From: Octopus sinensis
Lineage: Eukaryota
Assembly (NCBI RefSeq): GCF_006345805.1
Contig: NC_043012.1
Location: 37,510,001 to 37,574,000, forward strand
Direction: 5' to 3'
Length of the DNA stretch: 64,000 nt
The position numbers were made by a program, and so were the translations under genes. The notes under the pieces were generated by a model. That model saw only the letters and a list, made by a program, of their open reading frames with translations. It searched no databases and was not told the origin of the DNA. Positions 12,303 to 24,589 of this stretch are shown here, one piece after another. Every line of letters starts with the position of its first letter. Positions within the stretch are counted from its first letter, which is position 1.

Positions 12303-12500
12303 TGTTAATCCCAGACCAGGATTAATCCTAGATCTAGGTTAATCCAAGAACTGGAATAATCCTAGTTCTGGTTTAATTTTACATCTTGAGTAATCCTAGA
12401 TCTGGATTAATGCTATTTCTGGATTAATCTTAGAACTGGATTAATCCTAGCTCTGGTTTAATATTATATCTGGATTAATCCTAGATCTGAATTAAAACTG
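12303..12500. repeat. 17-bp palindromic tandem array, consensus GGATTAATCCTAGATCT, about 11 degenerate units
   Basis: gg starts recur at 12319, 12337, 12353, 12370, 12404, 12421, 12438, 12455 and 12472. Confidence 0.85.
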
Positions 12501-12689
12501 GGTCAGTTCGGATAAAGTAGAATGGTTTCTTCTATTTCCTAATACAGATCTTAACAGGAATACCGTTGTGTATGACATTTATAATGCAAACATTTAACGG
12601 CACCGGCCGTTATAGTTTGTCTCTGAGAAACTTCTCGAAGAGACTCACGTGCTAACGAACTCCGGGTTTCGACCAGAATGTGGAGGATT

Positions 12690-12731
12690 GTCAGACACAC
12701 CGTTTCGACCTGATTTGGTCGCCTCAGTGAC
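12690..12731 (-). ncRNA. Type-I hammerhead ribozyme-like motif (A9 to C substitution)
   Basis: Minus strand gtca-CTGAGGC-gacc-aaatca-ggtc-GAAAC-ggtgt-GTC-tgac. Stem I gtca/tgac and stem II gacc/ggtc are perfect and the triplet is GUC. Confidence 0.55.
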
Positions 12732-13240
12732 GAATATCCAAGACATTCTCAGTGAAGCCGACAAATGTTTTTGTTTTCGACATAGAAATCGGTGAACAAA
12801 GCATTTACTTATCTGTGCGCCACCTGGCCATGCGAGAAGTAAGTCAATCCACGCACTTGAAGTGGCATTACATCATGGGTTACATTGATTTCAAATTTTG
12901 GCACAAGGCCAGTAATTTCGAGGGAGGGGACATGTCGATTACATCGACCCCAGTGATCGACTGGAATATATTTTATCGATACCGAAAGGATGGAAAGTAA
13001 AGACGACCAAGGCGGAATTTGAACTCAGAACCCATAAGACGGACAAAATGCCGCTAAGCATTTTGCTCGGGGTGCAAACGATTAAACGGTTCTGCCTGCG
13101 ACCGCTTTAGGCGCATTATGCATTGTATTAGGAGCTAGAAGTAACTGGAAGTGTCCAGAAATAGGAGACAACTGTGGATTAGGATAAAATGGGATGAAAT
13201 AATCCAACTTGGATACTAGATTATAAAATATCGTTTCTAA

Positions 13241-13408
13241 GGCGCAAGAGTGGCTGTGTGACAAGTACTTGCTTACCAACCACGTGGTTCTGGGTTCATT
13301 CCCACTGCGTGGCACCTTGGGCAAGAGTCTTCTACTATAGCCTCGGGCCGACCAAAGCCTTGTGAGTGGATTTGGTAAACGGAAACTGAAAGAAGCCCGT
13401 CGTATATG

Positions 13409-13445
<37 letters not shown>

Positions 13446-13552
13446 GTGTGTGTGTGTTTGTGTGTGTGTGTATGTTTGTGTGTCTGTGTTTGTCCCCCAG
13501 CATCACTTGACAACCGACGGTGGTGTGTTTACGTCCCCGTAACTTAGCGGTT
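13241..13552 (+). mobile_element. tRNA-derived SINE, family S1 (representative CpG-intact copy)
   Basis: A-box-like tggctgtgtgacaag and B-box-like gggttcattccc. Further copies lie near 740-965, 11320-11525, 15157-15635, 18725-18850, 33630-34220, 34380-34600, 43090-43240, 51700-52110, 54422-54560, 58813-58980, 59560-59780 and 62000-62450. Confidence 0.85.
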
Positions 13553-14313
13553 ATATATATGGAAGAAGAAGGTCACAAATTGGATTAAAACTTACTACAG
13601 CTGTTCCAGTGCCTGCAGTCATTTTCAAATAGTTCAGATAACGGGCAAGGGGACACAATAACATCGCCAATAAATCCCCTTTACATCCTAATCAATCCAT
13701 CCCGATCAAGTTTTTCCCGGGTATGAACTTCTGCTCTCCGCATCTAACAGCCAGACCACACAGCAAACATTCCTATGACTTTCTTCAGATCAGTAATAAT
13801 TACAACCTTTGCCTGTATCAATGGGGGGCGGGGATGAAACGCATTTTTACAACGTTTCTAGAAAGTGAACGGAACGACTTCCATAAAGAAATGGAATCGT
13901 GGTACTTCGAGTACAAGAACGCTGCAATCCCCAATATAGATAGGGCATTACGTTCATTCGCTAAAATAATTATAGCCGGATTAAAAAAAAAAAACCCATA
14001 TCCCGCTTAGGAACATAAAAAATTACAACCGCAATTACAAACCAGAAATAACCAACCTTATAAATATCAGAGATAACTTCAAACATGATGAAATGAAACT
14101 TAGCGTAAGTAACAAGAAACATACTAAAATACATTAATAAATATAGAATCCATAAAACCCCCAGAGAACGAACAAAGGTTTTTAGTTCTCATAAACCGGA
14201 AATAGAGCAGTAAATTACTGGAGTGAGTAGCATCATTACCAACAACAATAACAACAAAATCAGCAAGGATCCCGATCTATTTCATGTCACACTAACAATC
14301 GCAAACACACACG

Positions 14314-14384
<71 letters not shown>

Positions 14385-15309
14385 TGCAATATCCAGCAAG
14401 CAAACGTCTTTTGTAGATATTACTCGAAAATCAAAAGAAACTAGGCAGGAACATAACGCAAAGAATGGGGTCAGTCTCCATCTCGAAACACGATTTTGAC
14501 ACATTTTTTCTTTGATCTAACACTGAAATCATAAAAAGGGAAACCTAAAATCTCAAAGCCCTTAAAGGCCAAACGAAACCACTGCCCTGATGACGAACAC
14601 CGAGAACCTAAAGAAAACACTATTCTGGTTATCATCTACCACTAACACCATCGATTTCTCTGCATCTGAAAGTTGGCAAAAAGTGTGAGGGTTGTCAGCT
14701 CAAGAGAGCAATCTCATTCAGGTCCGCCATTGTCTTCCTTCACCGTATACACCTTCGAACATTCTAGAAAGATATTCTTTAGCGTCGATCCCCGATACAA
14801 TCCTTTTTTTTTCAATTTGAAACACCTCTTTAGATCACCATAGTCAATTAGCACAACACTCACGAGTATACATGATTACACCAATAACAAACAAAACCTA
14901 CCTCATATACTATTTTATTTATCAGGGACACCCACAATGAGTTCAGTACCATTCTCTGCTTACGCACAACACACAACATCGTATTAATAAACAATGCCAG
15001 AAGCTGTCTAGCAAAGTGCCTGTTAGGTCGTCAAGCTTACGTACTCTACATTTCCAGAACTGAGTATTTCTTGAATGGAGAAGTACTTCAGATGTCTTTG
15101 TTCTTCCTTACACATTTAAGCTTATACCTATTCGACCATACTAACCCCAAAATATGCAGGCATGGCTCTGTGGAAAGAAGTTCGATTCCTAACCACATGG
15201 TTCCAGGTTCCACTGCATGGTACCTTGGGCAAGTATCTTCTACTATAACCGTGGGCCGACCAAGGCTTTGTGAGTGGACTTGGTTCACAGAAACTGAAAG
15301 AAACCTGCC

Positions 15310-15391
<82 letters not shown>

Positions 15392-17889
15392 GTGTGTGTG
15401 TGTATATATATCTGCGTGTGTGAGTTTTTGTGTCATGTTGGTCTCCCTCTACCGCTTGACAACAGGTGTTGGTGTGTTTATGTCCCTATAACATTAGCGC
15501 TTCGGCAAAAGAGATCGACAGAATAAGCACCAGGTTTGAAATAAAACTACTGGGGTCGATTCATTTGACTAGAAATTCTTGAAGGTTAATGCCCCAGCTT
15601 GGCCGTAGTCTAATGACTGAAACAAATAAAAGACAAAACGATAAGATACACACACTGCTTCATACATGGAGGATAGAACGCTATCCCCAATGCATGCTGA
15701 CCTAGTTACCCTGGTCTAGCATCGATCCTTTAGAAATCAGACCTAGTTGAATGCATCCAATTTTTACTAGTGATACCACAGAAAAATACATTACAGGCCA
15801 GCCTTAGACTCGAACTCACATCCCTGTGATTACGCGTCAAGTGCTTTACCATTAAGCTAAACTGCCACATAACGAATTCTTTTGCAAATTTTGAATTTAA
15901 CGCTAAGTACCATATTGATAACACTAGTGAAACAACATCCATGAGCCTTGCCTCTTAACCACTCCAATTAGGGCCAACTATTAAGTAGTAACAACCTCAC
16001 AGTGTCTTACATTCCAAGGTACACATATCACAAACACCACTCAGAAACATGCTTAATCCATTGATTCTTCTTATCAAATCCACTTCACAGACCAACTAAA
16101 ACTGAACACATTCTTTTGTATCTTCGTTTTACACTGCAAGGTCAGCAGGAAAGCGCGGTTTTCGCTATAAATGCCGTTCAACAGGTGTCCCATGGTATGT
16201 AGATCTGTGCCACACTGACACACTGTGAGGCTGGCGGTGTTGTATCCGCCAATTGTAGAATGTCACCTTGACTCTGTGAACACCTGTTCTTAATTGATTA
16301 AAATGTTTCCACTTTATCCGGCCTAAATCCACACCAGACGGTAACTGCTCTCATTTGCTGATACTTCCTTTGTTATCGAGGTTGATAGGCTATTATTTCT
16401 GGTTTCTCATTACGTTTGATATTACCTCACTAGTTGAGGTGTAAATTCCAAGGGTGATGGCACATGCAAGTAAGTTTCCTTCAACCTCAGGTAACCCTGA
16501 ACAGCCTTTTCTACACTACTGAAAAATCCCTTTCGTGTGCGGTGACACCCAGGTGGTCAGCATAGACAAAGGCACTTTTGAGTTTGGCCATTCCAGTCTA
16601 TTTACCACCTCAACGCCACAAAGAACGTTCAGTTTTCCAGATTACTTTCAATCAACCTTGAAATCCGGATCTCCTTTGTCCAGACCTCATTTGTCCGGCT
16701 CCACTTTGTTATTTCATAAATCCTTACTGAGCAGACTTGTGTGGTTGAATGTGACACATGCAGCCAAGAGAACACCAAAGGTTACAATGGCTGCCCTCTA
16801 CGCTGCATATCATCATCGATGCGTTTCGTGATGTTGAATGCTTAGTTTGAGTCTGACTTTTCAGAACGAAATCTTGCTTTCTGTGATGAATCACTCATCG
16901 ACTGGAATTGCTATTCTGTTGAAGATTAGTCATCCAAACTGCTTTTAGGTGCGGCTGAGAAGTGAGATCGACCTGTAAATTTTGGGGGTTGTTGATCTTT
17001 ATCTAGTGTTAGCTGTGCCAGCAGATAAAGACCTTTTTCCGAGACCCTTAGGTGTCTACGTGGTTTTAGGCAATGACAGCACAATCGTAATATATTTCGG
17101 CTATTTGCATCGGTTCCGAAATACTTGATCCTCTCACTTGCAGTATCATCCGACCCGATTAAATTTCCTGGTCTAAAGCTTGAAAAGGCCGTATCGGGAC
17201 CTTCCATGGCGAGTGGTTTCATACAGTCAACGTTTTTGGTGTATTTGTTGTGGTCTAGTTTGATCTGCTGGCTTTTCCCACTTTTATTATTCAGTAGCAA
17301 TTGGTGATAACTTGGTTTGCAGTGACTTTTAGTTGATAAATGGGAGCTTCAAGGTCGTTCCGAATCAGACTTGTGACTGGTAAGCATTCCACTCGTATTA
17401 GATATAAAGATGGAAGCAGAAGAAGATGTGTTGAACATCACAGAGTTTTCATAAAGTGGAAATGTCTTAACTTCGCATGGATTTGGTCTAACCAAGGATA
17501 CCAAGTGTAATGTCGAACCCCTTTCTGTAACTAAAGAACAACTCAGTCTTTGATTCTTCTGTTGGTTTATCTGTTATTGGATTCTCCTTGTTTGGATATT
17601 TTGAGAAATTGCACAAAGAATATGCAAGATTAGGCAAGATCCAAGATTTGATAGAGAAACAGGGCGAGTAATTTCGTGGGAGGGGTGTCTAGTTGATCAC
17701 ATCAACCCTAGTATTCAACTAGTACTTATCTTATCGACCCCGAAAGGATGCAAAGTAAAGTCGACCTCGGCGGGATTTGAACTCAAAACGTAAAGAGAGA
17801 CAGAATGCTGCTAAGCATTTTCCCGGCGTGCACACACACACACACACACGCACACACACACACACGCACGCACGCACACACACACACAC

Positions 17890-18715
17890 ATTACAACCAA
17901 GCTGCCTTCAATCCGGCAACCAATCAGCGTCGCCGACCAATCAGGAGCAGTCAGCGTGTCTATTGTGACTATATAAAGACTTGGCAAGGTCAGCAAGCTT
18001 GGAAAATGGTGTCACATGAATTGACTGAAGCAAACAAACAAGCACGTGTCACTGCATGTCAAAGTCTGCTCTGGCGAAGCCGAAGATTCGATTGGTTGGA
18101 GTCAGTAATCGCTATGGATGAAAAGTGGGTACTGTACTCCAACGTGAGGCACAGACGATCCTGGTGTTGCAAAGACCAACAGCCAAAACCTTCACCTAAA
18201 GGACTGCTTGTGCAAAAGAAGGTTATGTTCTCAGTTTGGTGGGATTGCCGTGGTGTGATCATGTTGGATCTTCTTCTACGCAATACCACCATTGATAAGG
18301 ATGTCTACTGTGAACAAATCGATCGTCTAAAGATCGTCCTGGCCGAAAAACGCTCAAATTTGAAGGAGATAATTTACCCCCAAGACAACACGCCCGCACA
18401 TCGTGCAAAGAAGACATCAGAGAAGCTGAAGGAGGTTGGCTGGGAGATTATGGTGAACCCACCGTATTCTCTTGACCTTGCCCCTTCTGACTACCGCTTA
18501 TTCTCTGCCTTGCAATGCGCGATTGGCGATACAGAGTTCGAAAATGAAGATGTGAAATCGTCCCTTTACGACTTTATTGATTCTTTGAATCAATAAAGTC
18601 GTAAAGGAACGATGGATGAAAGGATTCAAAACTTTGCCTGAAAGATGGCAAAAGGCGATCGATAACGAAGGGGATTACCTTTTGGATCGATCGTTTTCTT
18701 AATTGTTAATAAAGT
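17890..18715 (+). mobile_element. Defective mariner (DD34D) transposase, 5'-truncated and frameshifted
   Basis: LGKVSKLGKW/VSHELT, MDEKW, KKVMFSVWWD, QDNTPAH, YSLDLAPSDY with 34 residues between the 2nd and 3rd Asp. The C-terminus ERWMKGFKTLPERWQKAIDNEGDY is in a shifted frame after 18600. Confidence 0.92.
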
Positions 18716-19299
18716 GGTATGTTAAAAACACACGACGGACTTCTTTCAGTTTACCGTCTGCCAAATCCACTCATAAAGCTTTGGTTTACCGTAGACTGCA
18801 GTAGAAGATACTCGCCCTGTGTGCCACGCGGTACAACTGAACCCGGAACCATTTGGGTGGGATGTAACCACAGGAATCCGGGTCCGGTTGTCTGCGCCTA
18901 TTTGTTGTGAAATTTTTTTAGCGATTAGTCAGAGGATTGTTAAGCATATCTGGAATGTGAAGGGTGTTCTATGTTATCACGATGAGTGGTGAACGTGTTG
19001 AGTACATGCTACGTGCATTTGGTCATATTATGTAATGTCGGGCGGTGATTGAGTAGAATTACTTTACCGTCATCAGTAGAATCTTCTATTGAAGACTGTA
19101 GAGTAATTTATATTATTAAACCAGAAATCGGGCGATCTAGATCTAACCTCAAAATTTTTCTAAATCTCTTTCATTCATTTGCTCGCTTTCAGCCTTGTCC
19201 TAATGAAGTATAATTTGAAGTGGTTTTTAGAGCCTTTTAACGCCTGTCTCTAGCGTGTAGGTGTTGTTTCTCAGTACCTTTAATTATACAATTCTATAT

Positions 19300-19551
19300 T
19301 TAAGATATCAGGAATTATCTACAATATTTACATTATTTACATTCGACGGATATCTGTCCTCATCTTGTTTGCTGTTAACACAACGTTTCGGCTGATATAC
19401 CCTCCAGCCTTCATCAGGTGTCTTGAGGAAATTTCGAACCTGGGTTCTCATTCTTTTCTTCTTCTTCTTCTTCTTCTTCTTCTTCTCTTCTTCTTCTTCT
19501 TCTTCTTCTTCTCTTCTTCTTCTCTTCTTCTTCTTCTTCTTCTTCTTTCTT

Positions 19552-19582
<31 letters not shown>

Positions 19583-19672
19583 TTATTATTATATTATTAT
19601 TATTATTATTCAGATCACTGCCTGTAATCGAACTCGGACCTCGGGGGCTTGCAGCCCGCGCTCTTAACCACT
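19300..19672 (-). mobile_element. tRNA-headed SINE (family A), second copy
   Basis: Minus strand: tagtggttaagagcgcgggctgcaagcccccgaggtccgagttcgattac (A/B-box-like), then (AAT)n(GAA)n, then the same 3' segment as 7680-7830. Confidence 0.8.
19378..19421 (-). ncRNA. Minimal type-I hammerhead ribozyme motif with intact core
   Basis: Minus strand acac-CTGATGA-a-ggctg-gagggtatat-cagcc-GAAAC-GTT-gtgt. Stem I acac/gtgt, stem II ggctg/cagcc, palindromic AACGTT in place of stem III. Confidence 0.7.
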
Positions 19673-20631
19673 ATCTTGTGATCAACTAGCACCCCTCCAC
19701 CGCTAATTCTGCTTTCTTTGTGTCAAAATTTGGAGCAATTATGATATTAGAAGGTGACTGCATAGAAATACATTTGTCTGAGTAATGTTAATTTATTTGA
19801 TGATGCTGTTTAGATTCAGATCAACTTTGATTGAGGAGACCCATGATCAAAAACATTTTCACCATGACCACCCAGAGATTTTACTTGCATACTAGGAACC
19901 TATGACCTCATTATCCTACGTGTCATTTTGTAAGACGGTGGAATATCATTTGAAAGAGATTGAACTCCTACGCTTAGACACCTTCGTTGGCTTAACGACT
20001 GATGACTGTTGTAGTAGGTGTATGTAAAGTATGTGAGGTACAGAAAGTTGTACTGTATGAGTACGTGAGATTGTAATGAAATGCAATTCATCTACAACAC
20101 ACGAAATTCTCTCTTCTTTAACTTGATAAAGAGCTTCTAGCTCGAAACATTGCATCTCTCTTTTTCCTCAGGTTTACTACATTTATTTAAATGACCACCC
20201 ACAACCTTCTGTTGTATTACCTGCTATTGCATGGTGGTCTCTCTTAGAAAAAACACAACACTTTAAAATGTATAAATAGCTGGGCACTGAGGAGTTCACA
20301 AATTCGATTTTAATCGTACAACTGTTCAGTTGTTACTTGTGGCTTAATGAACACAAAGCTTCTCCTTCGAGGTAAATCGAGAATAAAGTTAATCAACAAC
20401 CAATAGAGATCCTCCCAAGAAAAGACTCATCACACAAAACTGACACCGGAAATCTTGTTCGTTTTAATAAGGAGCGCTCTGGAGTTGGAGGTGTGGTGTG
20501 AGACCTTGGGCAAATATTTTAACAATCTTCATAGCTGAACCTTTGTAATTTAACCATGTGAACTTTAATAGCAACAATAATAATACCAATATGATAATGA
20601 AGATGATGATAACAACAACAACAACAACAAC

Positions 20632-20673
<42 letters not shown>

Positions 20674-20692
20674 TAATAATAATAATAATAAT

Positions 20693-20978
20693 AATGACTT
20701 CAAATTTTAGCACAAGGTCAGCAAGTTCGTGGGGAGGGGTTAAGTCGATTGCATTGAACCCCAGTGTTTCACTGGTACTTAGTTTTGTCGATCCCGAAAG
20801 GATGAAAAGCAAAGTCGACCTCGGCGGAATTTGAACTTAGAACGTAGTGACGGGCGAAATACCGCTAAGCATTTTGTCCAGCGATCCGGCTCGTCCCTTA
20901 ATAATAATAGTAGTAGTAGTAGTATAGTAGTAGTAGTAGTAGTAGTAGCAGTAATAATAATAATAATAATAATAATAA

Positions 20979-21009
<31 letters not shown>

Positions 21010-21243
21010 TAATAATAATAATAATAATAATGACTTCAAATTTTAGCACAAGGTCAGCAAGTTCGTGGGGAGGGGTTAAGTCGATTGCATTGAACCCCAG
21101 TGTTTCACTGGTACTTAGTTTTGTCGATCCCGAAAGGATGAAAAGCAAAGTCGACCTCGGCGGAATTTGAACTTAGAACGTAGTGACGGGCGAAATACCG
21201 CTAAGCATTTTGTCCAGCGATCCGGCTCGTCCCTTAATAATAA

Positions 21244-21285
<42 letters not shown>

Positions 21286-21287
21286 CA

Positions 21288-21340
<53 letters not shown>
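20693..21340. repeat. 336-bp tandem duplication of an S2 SINE fragment plus (AAT)/(AGT) microsatellite
   Basis: Segments 20693-20910 and 21029-21246 look identical, including the internal deletion in the SINE head (ORFs 20779 and 21115 are offset by 336). Confidence 0.9.
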
Positions 21341-21345
<5 letters not shown>

Positions 21346-21864
21346 TAGCCAGGCTTGTCCATTGGACACTCTGCAACTGGTATGGACTTGACAGAGCAAC
21401 AAATTGTACGACCACACACCTGAAGGCATTGTCGAAAATAGAAATGGAAAGATCCTATGGGATTTTATGATTCAGTGCGACCATGAGATTGAGAATAGGA
21501 AGCCGGACATATTCTTAATTGAGAAAGAAAACAAACTATGCTGGATCATAGATATAGCATGCCCAGCTGACAACAAGGTATGCGATAAAGAAGAAAGAAA
21601 AGTCGAGAGATATGACAGGTTAGCTTGGGAGGTTAAGCAGTTGTGGTCGATGAAAAAGGTAGCAGTAGTACCAATAATTGTCGGAGTCCTAGGAACAGCG
21701 AGCAAAAATCATTTCGAAAAGTACGTGGAACAAATAGGGACGGCAATAAGAGTGGAGCACTTACAGAAAACAGCACTGCTTGGAACCACTCGAATACTCC
21801 GGAAGGTGCTCAAAAAATAAGAGGTGTTGCCTTAGTTCACTGGTAGTGAACAGCTGACACTGTA
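21341..21864 (+). mobile_element. 5'-truncated R4/Dong-like LINE (RLE domain)
   Basis: KIARLVHWTLC then, after a frameshift, YDHTPEG..ILWDFMIQCD..RKPDIFLI..IIDIACP..EHLQKTALLGTTRILRKVL. The 5' end abuts (AAT)n. Confidence 0.9.
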
Positions 21865-21914
21865 GCATTTCTCCCGGCGTGCTAACAATTCTGTCGGCTC
21901 GCCGCCTTAAAATA

Positions 21915-22298
21915 TATTCTTTTCTACTCTAGGCACTGGAGGGTGCCAGTCGATTAAATCGATCCCAGTACGCAACTGGTACTTAATTTATCGACCCCAA
22001 AGGGATGAGAGGTAAAGTCGACCTCGGCGCAATTTGAACTCAGAACGTAAAGACAGACGTAATACCTATTTCTTTACTACCCGCAAGGGGCTAAACACAG
22101 AGAGGACAAACAAGGACAGACAAACGGATTAAGTCGATTAAATCAACCCCAGTGCGAAACTGGTACTTAATTTATCGACCCCGAAAGGATGAAAGGCAAA
22201 GTCGACCTCGGCGGAACTTGAACTCAGAACGTAACGGCAAACGAAATGCGGCTACGCATTTCGCCCGGCGTGCTAACCATTCTGCCAGCTCGCCGCCT
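21915..22298 (-). mobile_element. Dimeric tRNA-derived SINE, family S2
   Basis: Two copies of the core tcgaccccgaaaggatgaaaggcaaagtcgacctcggcggaatttgaactcagaacg joined by aatacctatttctttactaccc...; tRNA-like head (ggcggcgagctggcaga..., gagttcaa) at the right end. Confidence 0.8.
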
Positions 22299-23267
22299 TT
22301 TTATAATTCTAAATAATAATAAAAAATTTCTGAATTTCAAAAAAAATACCCAACATAGTCAATAATCTCTGCTTGTAGCAGAATATTTACCTAAATTGGT
22401 AAACAGGACTTCAAATACGGGAAAATCTGTTATTTACACTTTACAGCAATGAGTTAGACAGAAAACGCTGCAGGACTCCTGCTATGATTACCCCCTGCCG
22501 GCAATTCATTGTTTCTAGTCTCAGCGATAATCTTTCTAGTTTCTACCACGAAATGAATGATTTTTGTTTTATTCCTGATAAAAAAAAAACAACACAAAAT
22601 GATTTCTTTCTTTCTGTCATTAAAAGTAAACGTCCGCGTCTTTGTCGTCGTCATCGTCATCGTCGTCATCGTAATCGTTGTCGTTGTCTTTGCGGTTATT
22701 GTTGGGATTGGTTGTGGTTATTGCTGTAGTTGCTGTTAATAATAAAAAGCATGGCAGGAGTTGTTTGATCAGGACGGAGAATAAAACCAGGTTAAAATAT
22801 AGGATACGACGACTGAGTAATAGAATAATAAATAGATTTGTTTGGCGGTGGTTGGGACCATTGATGTGTTCGATAAGGCACGACCCGGGGTTAAACAATG
22901 ACAGCAGCAACAACAACAACAACAACAACAACAACGACAATGGTTGCAAGTATACTGGTGTGCTTATGAGGTATACCACGTGACTTCCTAGATTTAGCTG
23001 AAATCTTGCTGCACGGCCCGTGGGCCAGTGTCTTTCACAATGGCCGCAGGTCGACCGCGGCAATATGGGCGAGTGTCGATCAAGGGCCCTCATGATTGAA
23101 TTCGGGTGACGGGGAATTTGTGGAAATGGCGCCGGACTAACGGTTGATTCTGGAGTTGATTCGTTCTTGGACTTAACAGCAGCACCAGGCCTACGGGTGC
23201 CACTAGTGGAGTCTCTGTGCCTGTCTCTCTCTCTCACTCTACATACGTGTGTGAGTACGTGTGTATG

Positions 23268-23358
<91 letters not shown>

Positions 23359-24484
23359 AAGAGTTAGCACGTTTAAGGATTTATGACAATTGTTTCGGTA
23401 CCATTCTGTTGTTAATGGCATAATGCCATTGCATGCAAAATTTCCATGTGAAAAGTTACGAAATATTTGCGCTATTAAATAGAGTGGCAACAAAAGATAA
23501 GCTCTTACGTACGTACATACGTAAAATAGACGTGCCTAGCATGTCTAAGTATGCTTGACCACTAAGAGTATCTTCCAAGAAAAAAAAAATGGTTCTGTTA
23601 AACAGCTTGATGGCTCTCCACACCAGACATTAATCCTCGGTAAATTGAATGCTTAGTCCATATAAGAAAGGATTTTCTGGTGCCCAGGAAACAGTTATGT
23701 CAGTTCACTGAGCTATTCAGCTTAAACTGGGCTTCGTCTGACCTCACAAACTCTTCATCCTCATCTATCGTATGTTGAAACCACTCACAAAACTAGATTC
23801 TTCAATCAGGATCGTCATCGTTAGTAACCCTGGAATGTAAGCTTTCTATTCAACTCTTAAGATTTTTTATCGCTTATTCCAGTCTCGCTTACATATTGTG
23901 CGGTAGACTTCTGTGGTGAGTGTGTGAAATGTTCCACACCGGATCCCAGGAAACAGCATTTGTTACCATACGTGGCTCGCCGGATTTTCCCTTTTGAACA
24001 TCATACTTGGTATCGTCTGTTTCGAACTTATCAATCACGTATCTGTGAAATTGTCAGGCGTGTTGGAAATTCTGTACCATACTCACGCTTCCGTTGTTAT
24101 TGAACTTTAACAATATTCTCAAATACGAAATCCAACTTTAAAGTGATCTTACGTTTCTTAAACGACAACTGTACCTCAGCCATTTTGTTACAGTTGTCCA
24201 CAATACCATCAGAAAGTCATTAGAAAGTTCCCAGATATTTTAATCTCAAAATAATGCCCATTGAACATTTCATACATTTCCAGTATCACAACAGTAAAAA
24301 TCATGGTATTTTTAAAATGCAAAATCCTTTGAAAGTTTTTCATTAAAATTTGAAAAAATAAAATCCTTTTTAAAGCCAACTATATCGACAGAGGCCAAAA
24401 AAAAAAAGGGTAAAAAAAGTGTGAAGGTAATTTGAATGTAGTAGTGTGTATGTATTTTTTGGCAGATTCTATATATGTGCATTA

Positions 24485-24589
<105 letters not shown>

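Noticed and set aside
13590-13625. ATG ACT GCA..GTA|gtaagt on the minus strand as RFX6 exon 1
   Set aside because: Phase 0; splicing to 6089 would put the DNA-binding-domain exon out of frame.
14570-14600. GAAAC...CTGATGA near each other
   Set aside because: No pairable helices or NUH triplet; not a hammerhead.
22385-22440. Strong minus-strand donor TTAG|gtaaat as the upstream RFX6 exon end
   Set aside because: In the required phase there is an in-frame TAA about 15 codons upstream with no ATG after it.
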